Assembly: GCF_006345805.1 (NCBI RefSeq)
Contig: NC_042997.1
Location: 193,254,001-193,318,000, forward strand
Direction of reading: 5' to 3'
Source: Octopus sinensis
Taxonomy: Eukaryota
Length of the DNA: 64,000 nt
Shown: positions 40,550 through 52,847 of the stretch, piece by piece
How the letters are laid out: each line of letters starts with the position of its first letter
How positions within the stretch are numbered: position 1 is the stretch's first letter
The notes under the pieces: generated by a model
The model's database searches: none
What the model was told of the DNA's origin: nothing
Seen by the model: only the letters and a program-made list of their open reading frames with translations
Position numbers and translations under genes: made by a program

Positions 40550-40810
40550 ATCATCATCATTTAACGTCCGCTTTCCATGCTAGCATGGGTTGGACGATTC
40601 GACTGAGGTCTGGCGAACCAGATGGCTGCACTAGGCTCCAATCTGATCTGGCAGAGTTTCTACAGCTGGATGCCCTTCCTAACACCAACCACTCCGAGAG
40701 TGTAGTGGGTGCTTTTACGTGCCACCAGCACGAGGGCCAGTTGGCAGTACTGGCAATGGCCATGCTCAAATGGTGCTTTTTAGGTGCCGCCTGCACAGGA
40801 GCCAGTCCAG
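40550..40810 (-). mobile_element. SINE family A
   Basis: Family A consensus. Confidence 0.85.
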
Positions 40811-41072
40811 TAGTAAATGCAAAGATAGGATCTCATCTAAGTAATACACACAGATATAAGCATGGTTGGTGGCTAAGAAGCTTCCCAACCATGCAGTCCT
40901 GAGGTCAGACACAGTGTGTGGTACCTTGGTCAAGTATCTTCTACTATAGTCGTGGGCCGACCAAAGCCATCATCATCATCAAGCGTCCATTTTCCATGCT
41001 GGCATGGGTTAGACAGTTTGACTGGAAATGGTAAGCCAGAGAGCTGCATTAAGCTCCAGTATGGTTGGGCTT

Positions 41073-41312
41073 AGTTTCTTATTTCTTTATTGCCCACAAG
41101 GGGCTAAACATAGAGAGGATAAACAAGGACAGACAAAGGATTAAGTTGATTACATCGACCCCAGTGCGTAACTGGTACTTATTTAATCGACCCCGAAAGG
41201 ATGAAAGGCAAAGTCGACCTCGGCAGAATTTGAACTCAGAACGTAGCAGCAGGCAAAATACCGCTAGGCATTTTGCCCAGCGTGCTAATGATTCTGCCAG
41301 CTCGCCACCTTA
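41073..41312 (-). mobile_element. SINE family C
   Basis: Full family C consensus ending gccagctcgccacctt. Confidence 0.88.
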
Positions 41313-41944
41313 GTTTCTATGGCTGGATGCCCTTCCTTAATGCCAAGCACTCCACTGAGTGTACTGGGTGTCTTCAACGTGTCACCGGCATGGGTGCCTT
41401 CGATAGGTCACTGGCAAGGGTGCCTTTTACGTGTTACCAGCAGTGAGTAGAAATGATAGTAGGGAAACTGAAATAAGCTCATCATGTGTGTCTTCACCCT
41501 TGACTTGATACCAAGTAATGATTGTAAACAACCATCACCGTGATACTGGCGATATTATTCATTTCCACTCTTCTGATGATGGGGAAATGTTACCTGGCTT
41601 GGTGATAAGGACATCAAGCAGTAAAAAAAATATGGCTCAACTAATTCCATCCAACCCATGCAGGCAGGAAAAGTGGACATTAAGCAGTGATGATGATTTT
41701 ATATGTGTGAAGGTGTGTAGCCTGGTGGTTGGGGTGTTGGACTCATGATCACTAGATTGTGGGTTCAATTCTCAGACCAAGTGACATGCTTACGTTGCTC
41801 CAGCCCACTCAGCTGTAATGGGGTGACCCAGCAATGGACTAGTCATCCTCTATCTAGCCAGTGGAGTGGCATCATTTGAAAGCCAAAATGATGCAAAGCA
41901 CATATAACAATGTCTGATAGTCTGGTCATTCACAAGATCTTATG

Positions 41945-41979
<35 letters not shown>

Positions 41980-42294
41980 AACACAATGAAGTAAAAAAAA
42001 AAAACTACTCCAATCAATTAGTAAACAAAAACTCCCTCTTACAGTGTTTAAAACCCTTTAACAAGAGCAATCACTTTGAAGCCAAATGCTGAAAGTAATG
42101 TTGCTTTTACTAGTTAACTTTGAAGTGTCCATTCCCATAGAACCTATTTACAGTTGAGTGGACAGGAAATGAACCCTTAACTTTTCAGCCAATTGGTTAG
42201 TACCCTATCAGCACAATCAGTTGCTAATTTACTTTTCATTTAACCATAATAATGATTTGGTCCATGGGTGTGTGTGTGTGTATAAATATATATA

Positions 42295-42348
<54 letters not shown>

Positions 42349-42505
42349 TAGAATAAGAAATAGAAAAGCCCTAAGTACAGTATTATATATATATATATAT
42401 ATATATATGGAAAAGAAAATGAATAGAAATGGCTTTTCTGATCATTTTTCCACTTTAGTAATTAGACATTGATAAGCTATCAGGTGTTTGAACATCTAAT
42501 TATTA

Positions 42506-42618
42506 AAGGTGGGCAAAAGTAGGCATACAGTTCTTTTTATTCTCTATCCTGGAAGAGAGAAATGGAATGAGCATTCAACTCGTATTAAGCAACTGTATAT
42601 TTACTTTTACCCACCTGA
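42506..42618. mobile_element. Small Tc1/mariner-like MITE
   Basis: Imperfect TIRs ggtgggcaaaagtaggcatacagtt / aactgtatatttacttttacccacc. Confidence 0.7.
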
Positions 42619-42662
<44 letters not shown>

Positions 42663-42810
42663 TTTAATGTACACAGTATTTAAAATAAGAGATACTAATA
42701 GTTTCTTGCCGTGGAAAGATTTATATAATGTGATTTGTCTCTAAGCAGTCTTCAAACTCAGGGCACATGGTTAATTGTATTTGAAAAAAAACTTAATGAA
42801 ACAGTAATGT

Positions 42811-42845
<35 letters not shown>

Positions 42846-42846
<1 letters not shown>

Positions 42847-43222
42847 CTATATAAACGGCAGTTTGTTTCTGTGTGTTTCTGTGTGTCTGTTTGGTTGTAC
42901 CCTCACTCTGACCACGGCTTTCAACCGATTCTGATGAAACTTGACACACACATAGCCCAATGTCATAATTCAAGACTAACGCAGCGAAAATTTTGAAAAG
43001 TTCCCCCAGTTCTGAAAAAGATCGATAAATTCGACATGGGGTCGACAATCAGAAACACAAACCACAGATGGTCATGGGGACGCAACTCGACCTTTTTAAC
43101 TATAAAAAAAAATTTACCATCATTTTTTCCCCCATTTTTTTGCTATTTTTTGGCTATAACTCTAAAAATGCTTTATAGTTATTTCCCTTACAAACCCGAG
43201 CAACGCCGGGCGATACTGCTAG
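42846..43222 (+). mobile_element. Non-autonomous Helitron
   Basis: A/TC...cccgagcaacgccggg...CTAG/T inside a TA tract. Confidence 0.88.
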
Positions 43223-43818
43223 TATATATATATATAGATAGATAGATGTGTGTGTGTGTGCGTGTATGTATGTATATATATTTATAAACACACACACAAC
43301 TAAACTGGATCTATTTATCTATCTACATTGATGCTGCCATTTTAACACAATACTCATCAAATTTAAAAATAAGATATTGTCTCCAGTAACACAGATTGTT
43401 AGAAATATGAACGTGGGTTCTAAAATATAACCCTATAAGAACCAAAGGATCAGGGTTGAGACTCACATGAGCTTCATCAATGAACACAAAACCAACCACT
43501 GCCTTTTCTATCCTTTCTGCTGTTGGACCCCATGCAAGGTGAGATGCTTAATACCCAGAATGGAATAAAACATGGTTGCAACACAATACTCGAGTCATAC
43601 TTTATTTTCTCAACCCTACAATATATACTAATACTGGTTTCCAATTTTTGGCACAAGGCCAGCAATTTCTGGGGTGGGATAAGTCAATTACATCAGCCCT
43701 GAGAGGATGTAAGGCAAAGTTGACCTCAGTGGAATTTGAACTCAAGACATAAAGACAAAGAGCTACTAAGTATTTTGTCTGGTGTGTTAACGATTGTGCC
43801 AGCTTGCTGCCTTACAAT

Positions 43819-44211
43819 CACCATCATCATCATTTAACGTCTGTTTTCCATGCTAGCATGGGTCGGATGGTTCGACTGGGGTCTGGGAAGCCAGGAGGCT
43901 GCACCAGGCTCCAGTCTGATCTGGCAGTGTTTCTACAGCTGGATACCCTTCCTAACGCCAACCACTCCATGAGCGTAGTGGGTGCTTTTTACGTGCCACT
44001 GGCACAGGAGCCAGAGGAGGCTGGCAAACAGCCACGATCGGTTGGTGCCTTTTACGTGTCACCGACATGGACGCCAGTCAGGCGGTGCTGGTATCATCCA
44101 CATTCGGATGGTGCTTTTTACGTGCCACTGGCAAGGGTATCATAACTACAATTTCCATTTGATTTTTATTTTGATGTTGATGTACTTGACTCAATAGGTC
44201 TCTTCAAGCAC
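43819..44211 (-). mobile_element. SINE family A between two copies of an older SINE
   Basis: Flanked by homologous ~195-bp segments 43624-43818 and 44212-44403. Confidence 0.82.
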
Positions 44212-44469
44212 ATACTAATACTCATTTCTAATTTTTGGCACAAGGTCAGCAATTTCAGGGGTGGGATAAGTTGATTGCATCAACCCTGAGGGGATGAAAG
44301 GCAAAGTTGACCTCAGTGGAATTTGAACTCAAGACAAAGAGAAAGAGCTACTAAGCATTTTGTCTGGTGTGTTAGCAATTCTGCCAGCTTGCTGCCTTAC
44401 AATATATACTAATATACAAATTGTTATCTATTTGTACAACTAGGCATTTTGTTAGTATTTTAATAGGGA

Positions 44470-44785
44470 GCACTCTGTTGGATACGACGACGAGGGTCCC
44501 AGCTGATACAATCAACAGAACAGCCTGCTCATGAAATTAAAGTGCAAGTGGCTGAGCATTCCACAGACACGTGTACCCCTAACCTAGTTCTCAGGGAGAT
44601 TCAGCGAGACACAGAGTGTGATAAGGCCGGCTCTTTGAAATAGAGGTACAACTCATTTTTGCCAGCTGAGTGGACTGGAGCAACATGAAATAAAGTGTCT
44701 TGCTCAAGGACACAACGTGTCGCCGGGAATCGAACTCACAACCTTATAATCGTGAGCCGAATGCCCTAACCACTAAGCCACACGT
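44470..44785 (-). mobile_element. tRNA-type SINE (family E)
   Basis: gggaatcgaactc...ccctaaccactaagcca is a reversed tRNA head. Confidence 0.8.
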
Positions 44786-46139
44786 GTAGTATTTTAATAC
44801 TATAAGAATAAAAAACATGAATAAATTACAAAATGCATTTTGAATATTAAAAAAATTGTGAGCTGGCAGAAATATTAGCATGTTGGGCATAAAAAAACCT
44901 AGTGGTATTTCATCTGTCTTTACATTCTGATTTCAGAGCTGACCTGATGAAGTCAACTTAGCCTTTCATCCTTTCAGGGTTGATGAAATAAATACCAGTT
45001 GTGTACTAGGGTCGATCTAATCAACTTAGTCATCCCCGCTGAACTTGCTGGCATTGTGCCAAAATTTGAAATCAATATTTAACACACACATACACACACA
45101 CACACCAAAAAAAAAAACTAAACAAAGAATCTTAATAACAAAAGGAATTTTTTGAAATTTATAAGAATCAGCCACAAATAACAATAATGATTTGGAAAAA
45201 AAAAATTATAGATCAGCAATTTGAGAATGAATGAAGCATTATTGAAATGCTGATCACAAGAATTTCAGCTGCTATTAATTACCACAGGAAATGTTCAGGC
45301 ATTAGAATCAATAAAAAGAAGAAAAAAAAAGAGAGAGAAAAGACTAGAAAGTCTGAGAAGATAAAGAAAATGAAAAACACCTGTTTCACCAGGTCGGAAA
45401 CTTTTTTTCTAAAGCAAGCAAAAGCCTTATAGAACATAACTGTAAGAAGAAAGAAGAAGAAGGAAGAAAAAGAAAGAAAGAAAGAAAAAAGAAAGGAAGG
45501 AAGGAAGAAGAATGTTTACAAAAGATTTAGTGTAAAACAGGAATGCTTATCTAATACAAGATAAGTTCATTGCAGAACTGAGCCAAGATTTGATTTCAAG
45601 TCGGAGCAATTTCCCTCCATTTTTTTTTTATCTTTTACTTGTTTCAGTTATTGGATTGTGGCCATGCTGGAGTACTGCCTCCCAGGGTTTAGCTGAGCAA
45701 ATTGACCCCAGTACTTCTTCTTTCCCCCCCAATTTAAGTCTGGTAGTTATTCTACTGGGTTTTTTTTTTTGTTGAACCACCAAGTTATTAGGATGTAAAC
45801 AAACCAACACTAGTTGTCAAGTAGTAATGGGGGACAAGCACAAAGACACATGACAGGATTCCACAGTTTCTGTTTACCAAATTCATTCACAAGGCATTGG
45901 TCAGTCCAAGGCTATTATAGTAGAAGACACTCATCCAAGCTGCTGTGCAGTGGGACTGAACTTGAAACCACATGGTTACAAAGTGAGCTTCTTAACCACA
46001 CAGCCATGGCTGTGCCTATTAGTTCATTAATACTCTTAGAGAAAGCAAGAATGGCTGAGCTTTGTCTCTCTCGACTCCATAAACCTTCAACTTCAAATGC
46101 AGTATACATGGGGCTAAGCTCTTGAAATGCCGAGCCTCT

Positions 46140-46492
46140 GATCATCATCATCATCATCGTTTAACGTCCGCTTTCCATGCTAGCACGAGTTGGACGATTT
46201 GACTGAGGACTAGCGAACCAGATGGCTGCACCAGGCTCCAATCTTGATCTGGCAGAGTTTCTACAGCTGGATGCCCTTCCTAATGCCAACCACTCCAAGA
46301 GTAGTGGGTGCTTTTACGAGGGCCAGTCAAGCAGTACTGGCAACGGCCATGCTCAAATGGTGTTTTTTTTATGTGCCACCTGCACAGGAGCCAGTCCAGC
46401 AGCACTGGCAACCGCTCAAATGTTTTATTATGTGCCATTAAGGTGTCACTGGTAACGATCACGTTTGAATGGTGCTTTTTATGTGCCACTCA
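46140..46492 (-). mobile_element. SINE family A
   Basis: Family A consensus. Confidence 0.85.
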
Positions 46493-47448
46493 GTGAAAAT
46501 TTAAACCTGCAATTACCAATCATAATGGAGAAAGTGACTAAATTATTTTTATTCATTCAAACAGGAAAAGCAACAGTGACCACACCAGTGTCTTCCCAGC
46601 AAGACACTCTATGTGGTCGTTTAACTTGCTACAAATAACAGTCAAACCTCTCCTAATCCTTTATCATTCAGATTACTCAGTCAAATGTAATGCTTATTTA
46701 TTCATATTGTTTCGAATGAATCATGCATTATCTCGCAGCATTGGATTTTTCAATGATGTGATTATTTTTAGAATGACATTGTAAGGTAGATGTAAGTGGC
46801 TGGATCTGGCTTAACAAAGTAGAATATTTGGACTGGATATGGCTGGTTTAAGTAAAAGGTTAAATCCCACCCTAACATAGGACAGGAATGATCCAGGGTA
46901 CCCAAACATTGCAAAAAAGATCATGGCGTGATCATGGATGTGAGATGTGCTCAATCAGGCTTAGCTGGGGGGTTAATTAAATCAACAGGAGATTTATATA
47001 CTCTTTTACTTGTTTCAGTCATTTGACTGCGGCCATGCTGGAGCACCGCCTTTAGTTGAACAGATCAACCTCAGGACTTATTCTTTGTAAGCCTGGTACT
47101 TATTCTATCAGTCCTTTTTGCTGAACCGCTAAGTTACGGGAACATAAACACACCAACATTGATTGTCAAAGCAATGGTGGGGGATTAACACAGACATACA
47201 AACACATACACACACGTATGCGCGCGTGCGTGTCAAACTGTCCAATCTAGCATGGATAGCAGGCATTAAACAATGATGACGACGATGATGATAGAGAACT
47301 CCAACAGAATTTGAAACTTAGAAGCACTAGAGACTAGACTGGAACCCAGAAAGCAACTGGTCAAGTTTGTTCCCCCTTTTCTCCTCTATATTTATAAATG
47401 CAAACTAAATGGTTTCAAACACTGCATAGTTTTAATATATATACTTAA

Positions 47449-47669
47449 CCTTTTAGTGTTCAGATTACTCTGTTAAATGTAATATTTTTTTAATTCAAAT
47501 TGTTTTGAATTAATCAAACATTATCTCATAGCTTTGAGGTTTCAATGATGTGATTGTTTATTTTTAGAATGGCATTGTAGGTTAGGTGTGAGAGGCTAGA
47601 TATTGCCAGTGTGAATATAAAACATATAGAATATTTTGGCCAGATATAGCCGGTTTAAACACTAAAGGG
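47449..47669. mobile_element. piggyBac-like MITE P2
   Basis: TTAA/ccttttag...ctaaaggg/TTAA. Confidence 0.85.
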
Positions 47670-48142
47670 TTAAACCTGTATGTATGGTACACAAAATAAT
47701 ACAATAAAAAAAAAGGGTCAAAATACTGTGATATTAATACTTTAAATGTGCTACCGGTGTACAAGATATAAGCTTGTACGAAATCGTTATAAATATATAG
47801 GCAGGGGCTGTACGAAATGGAGGGAAGTATGTCTGCTATCTGGGGTTTTAATGGCTGTCTATAGTAATTTCACTTAGATCACTAATGTCCTACAGAAAAT
47901 AAATAAATGTTAGTGACATAAACCCATTTCCTATCTTGTGTGCATGTTAATTAAAAAAAAAAGGGAGGGGGAAAAAGTCAATTTAGAAAGGTGTCCTACA
48001 TATTTAAATTCTAAGTTAGCTAAACATTTGATACTGGGTGGGGTTGTACAAATATAGAATAGGCCTAAACAATGATAGCCATCGTTTATGATTAACATGA
48101 TGAAAAAGAAATTAACCTCTTCTCTCATAATTTTCCACTTAA

Positions 48143-48356
48143 CCCTTTTGTTACCATATTTCTATTGAGATGCTCTGTGTTTCTTTCAATTAATTTTAAA
48201 TACGATAAAGAATTTAGTAAAATAACTTAGTTATCATTCAGCTGGTGTTAGGAACAGAAATTGTGAGTAAGGTTTGGTGGAAGAATTCTAATTCAAAACT
48301 TAGGAAAACCAAGATATTTTGTACACAGAGCCAGAGCCGGGTTGGTAATGAAAGGG
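48143..48356. mobile_element. piggyBac-like MITE P1
   Basis: TTAA/cccttttg...gaaaggg/TTAA. Confidence 0.85.
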
Positions 48357-48713
48357 TTAAATGGGACACTATGTTGAAAACTACATAGCTTGTTCGGTTT
48401 GAAGGAAAATGAAATGGAGGGAAAGTATCAAATTCTCTAAGAAAAATGTGCAATGGGGTTGGCTCAGTGTTTTTGTATATATTAAGAGGGTTAGCCGGAT
48501 CAAGCTAACACGGTTCTAAACTCAACTCATAGTAATTTTAATTTAAGTCCAGTATGTATTTATTTCAATGAAGGTATAGATTTACAGGTTTATACAAACG
48601 GGCTGAATGAAATAGGAAAAATAAAGGGAGAATAAAATGACATTTTTAGTTGAGAAAAAAAGCGAGGGGGTGGAATACAATGAGAAATTTCATAAGGAAA
48701 TGAATGAAAAATA

Positions 48714-48973
48714 ATTGCAGTGTGGGAGGTGTTTATAAGCCATTTAAGAAACACACAAAAGCCATTTGATTCACTTCAACATTTAAGTTTAATTTGTCAA
48801 AATATTTTCTCAAAGTGACGAAAATATTTTGACAAATTAAATTTAAATGCTGAAGTGAATCTAACGGTTTTTGTGTGTTTCTTAAATGGTTTATAAACAC
48901 CTTCCACGGTGCAATTGTTTTTGTTCCAGCACACGATCTCAGATCAGGTCACTTGCTATGCAAGTATATCTGT
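48714..48973 (+). mobile_element. Retro-insertion with inverted 5' part (96-bp-arm hairpin) and 15-bp TSD
   Basis: TSD aatgaatgaaaaata at 48699-48713 and 48974-48988; arms 48713-48808 and 48821-48916. Confidence 0.85.
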
Positions 48974-49469
48974 AATGAATGAAAAATATTTTTCCTAATT
49001 AACAATCAAAACTTTTTTCTTAAAGAAAAAAACCCAAGTGATGCACTTTTTTTTATCCACTAGAAATTATGACGAAATCTTTCTTCTAAATAATTAATAG
49101 GCATGGCTGTGTGATAAGAAGATTCCAGGTTCAGTGCCACTGTGTAGGACTTTGGGTTAGTGCTTTCTACTATAGCCTCGGGCCAATCAGAGCCTTGTGA
49201 GCGGATGTGGTAAACGGAAATGGAAAGCTCGTTGTGTGCGTCCGCCCATCCCACCACCGCGCGACAACTAGTGTTAGTGTGTTTATATCTCCACAACTTA
49301 GCAGTTCGGTCAAAAAGATCGATCAAATAAATACCAGGCTTTAAAAAAATAAGTAGAAGTTGATACATTCGACTAAAAATTCTGGCCGCAGTCTAATCAC
49401 TGAAAGAAGTAAAAAAAAATAATAATTTATGGTAAAAATCTAAGTTTGCGATTCAACGTGATTTTAAGC

Positions 49470-50150
49470 ACGAATTTAATTATCCCCCGACTATCACGGG
49501 CGTTACGTTCCAAAACCTCCAACAGAAATAAAATCTAAAACGATAAATAAATACCTAACGGTCGCAGAAACCAGCGATATAGATTTACATATATGGATCT
49601 TTTCGGTTTAAACAGCAATTTTTAACAATTTCTAGATAACTAAAAAATGCTAAACTTCGTATACTAGTAGAATGTGTTTATAAAACATCTTTTTCTCTTG
49701 GTTTTATTGAGAAATTCTATAGTTTGTAAGATATTTGTTGTTTTTTTCTTCAATTTCTGCAATTTCAACCAATCACTGACGTCTATTGAGGTAAAAAAAA
49801 ACATTCTGTGTCGTATGAATATGTCCTTCGTTTAAGAAACAGATTGGGTTTATTTACATTTCTGAAGAAAAAAAGATACCCTTCCCCCACCCCTAACCCT
49901 AAAACGGATTGAAATGCAATAGATCGATACTAGGGTCATAATTATGGGTGACAATTTCATATGACACCGCTAGAAAAAACTGCCGTTCAAACCGAAAAGA
50001 TCCACGTATATTAGCCAGAAAAATCCGCGATGTAAATAAATAAATACCTAACGGCCGCAGAAACCCGCGATATAAATTTACATATATTAGCCAGAAAAAT
50101 CCGCGATGTACTGAGTGCGCGATAAGTGAACTGCGATATGGCGAAGGAAT
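49470..50150. mobile_element. Tigger-like MITE with ~75-bp internal tandem unit, host of a nested MITE
   Basis: taaatacctaacgg(c/t)cgcagaaacc.gcgatata unit repeated on both sides of 49595-50003; gcgataagtgaactgcgatatggcgaagg end. Confidence 0.55.
49595..50003. mobile_element. MITE with GGATCTTTT TIR and 8-bp TSD
   Basis: TSD acatatat/acgtatat. Confidence 0.88.
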
Positions 50151-50159
50151 AAACTAAGG

Positions 50160-51300
50160 AAGTAGACACCGAATACTCCGAGTTGTTTATTAAAAACAAA
50201 TTAAAATAAACGCAAAACACATATATACTTATGCGCATGCATTAATGTACGTATACCTATTCAAAGTATCTGATATGAGTACATTGAAAGATAAAGAGAA
50301 TGGAGTGAAAGAAAACGAAACAGAAACGATATAACAATGGCTAAAAAGGCTGGTTTCGAGAAAATATATTTATAAATGACAAAAGAAAGAATCGAAACCG
50401 TGGGAGGCGGCTGGACGTATTTAAGCCGGTATTAAATAGAAAATGTTGATAACAAGATACCAACAAACGTGTGGGTTTTTAAGTAGGAATTATAAATACA
50501 TAAGGAGGTTGGATAAGTGATTGTGTAGGCGCTGGGCTGAGTTAACAGAAGTTGATGGTAGTATAAGTAAGAATCAATGAACTTTGTTAGAAATTATATA
50601 GTGTCGTTTGAAAAGACTCGAATAACTAACGTAAAAAATCTCACTTGGCTAGCCAAGGAGCAGAGGTAACATTCTGTATTATTCACGAAACAGATTCAAC
50701 TAAACAAGGATCGAAAATAAACTGAATACTCAGCTCACCGGGGGCTTAACTAAATCTCTCTCTATATAAAGCTGAAGTTGTCTGTGTATGGCAGGTTTGG
50801 TAGCCTTCAACTAACACTATCTCTTCTGAGACCCTGCGGCGCAAGTTGACCAAAATTGAGAGTATGATAGAAGAAGGCTTGCTCTTTCTTCCGTAGAAGA
50901 AAAAATTCAAATCAGACCATGTTAACACCAAAAATTATTTACATCAAAAAGGTGCTTTTTTTTTTTTCTTCTATGAAAATCCTTATTTTTTACGATTTTT
51001 TGACTGCTGTGTCGCCATTTTTCGGTGTATTTCAACCAGAAAAATGTTCACTTAAAGAGAATAACAAGCTACATAATGCAAAATTTTTACTTTTCAAAAC
51101 TTCCTATTCTAAAGGGTCGAAACAAACCCGAGCAACGCCGGGTAATACTGTTATATAAATTAAAATATTAACAAACGTTAAGAGGCTGGGTGCAGGCTTG
51201 GAGACAACATAACGAATGCTGGTTAACAGACGTCGGCAGACAATTTAATTTTTATAACTCATTAACGAAAAATAACAGAGGCGGGAAAAACTTTAAATAT
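50160..51300 (-). promoter_or_regulatory. CpG-retaining segment, candidate intronic promoter
   Basis: About 21 CpG in 50161-50740 versus about 2 in 56341-56920 (manual count); E2F-like GGCGGGAAA 51280; NRF1-like atgcgcatgc 50231. Confidence 0.4.
50755..51154 (+). mobile_element. Non-autonomous Helitron, same subfamily as 63500-63879
   Basis: A/TC start, cccgagcaacgccggg hairpin, degenerate CTAG end. Confidence 0.85.
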
Positions 51301-51831
51301 CAATAAATAATTTTTTTTTCTTTTTAATTAAATCATGTTAGTTTTTCACTGTAGGAAAAAGAAAAGCAATATTCAAACAAAACCGGATTTGATAAACAAA
51401 CTTCCAATAAAACTGAATATTTTTCCTTTTTGCTTGATCAGGAAATCTATCGTAGTGTTGATAAATAATTAAATAAGTGAACTAACTACAAGTAACTTAA
51501 ATATTTCTAAACATCATTTAACCAACCTACTGACCAACTACCTTGTCTTAGTAATTTACAAGGTATTGATTATATATAACACTGAGAATGTGTGTCTGTA
51601 TGTCTGTGTGAATCCCTAAAACTTGAGAACTACACAACCAATTTCATTCAAATTTTATACATGCCTTACTTAGGGTCCATGTAGTGTCATGGGCAAAAAT
51701 TTTTTTTAACATTTTGCCTAGTGCGAGCCCACAGCAATATCATATCTTCACTATTTCAGTATTACGTGTCAAAAGTGAAACTGTATTTCAAAAGATATAG
51801 ATGTATATGTATACATACATGTATGTGTAGA

Positions 51832-51871
<40 letters not shown>

Positions 51872-52264
51872 TGTACATGTAATATGTACACATATATACA
51901 TGCATACATATATACACCCATACACACACACATACATAGGTGCAGGTGTGGCTGTGTGGTAACAAACTTGATTCCAAAACACATGGTCCTGAGTTCAGTC
52001 CCACTGTGTGGTAACTTGGCATGTCTTCTGAGGGTCTATTAGAGATTAAAGTCTCAATAAAAAACAAATTAAAAAAGCCTTACAACATTACATATCGACA
52101 GGTTTTTTCCGAAATTATTTTCATTATACGTAAATAATGAAATTCTAATTATTTTCCATATAGGGGCCACCCAACCATAAAAACAAAAACGTGTGTGGAG
52201 CAAGAATGTTTTACGATATATCTGGAAGAGTTAAACATTTGCTGCTATTAAATATATATCTTAA

Positions 52265-52640
52265 TACGCGTGGTTGTGTATGTAGTAAGAAGATTGCTTG
52301 CTAACCATATGGTTCCGGGATCAGTCCCTCTGAGTCTTCTACTATAGCTCTGGGCTGACCAAAGCCTTGTGTGGGTGGATTTGGTAGATGGAAACGGAAA
52401 GAAGCCTATCGTTTATGTGAATGTATGTGTGTGTGTGTCTTTATATGTATGTATGTGTTCTTTACCAATGGCTTAGCCACTGTTGGCTTGGTCACATCGC
52501 TGTAACTTAGTGGTTCAGCAAAACAAACGGATAGAATAAATACTAGGTTTAAAACTAAGTACTGGGGGTCGATTTGTTTGACTAAACCCTTCAAGGTGGT
52601 GCTCCAACTTGGCTGCAGTCCAATGACTGAAACAAAAAGG
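52265..52640 (+). mobile_element. SINE family B, older copy
   Basis: ccatatggttccggga...gactgaaacaa. Confidence 0.75.
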
Positions 52641-52847
52641 TGTGTGTGCGTGCGTGCATAACACAAATAAATATAAATACAAACTATCCCTACTGCCAAT
52701 GCTGAATCTGAAGAGCACAGGGCCAAATCACCTTCAAGTGCCTGTAAGCACTTTTTTTCTAGGGGTGGGTGAGCAGCTGAGCTGTAAAGGCCCCTTACAT
52801 TGTCTGGAACGATCACTCAAATAACTAGACAAGTCTGCCCTATACCA

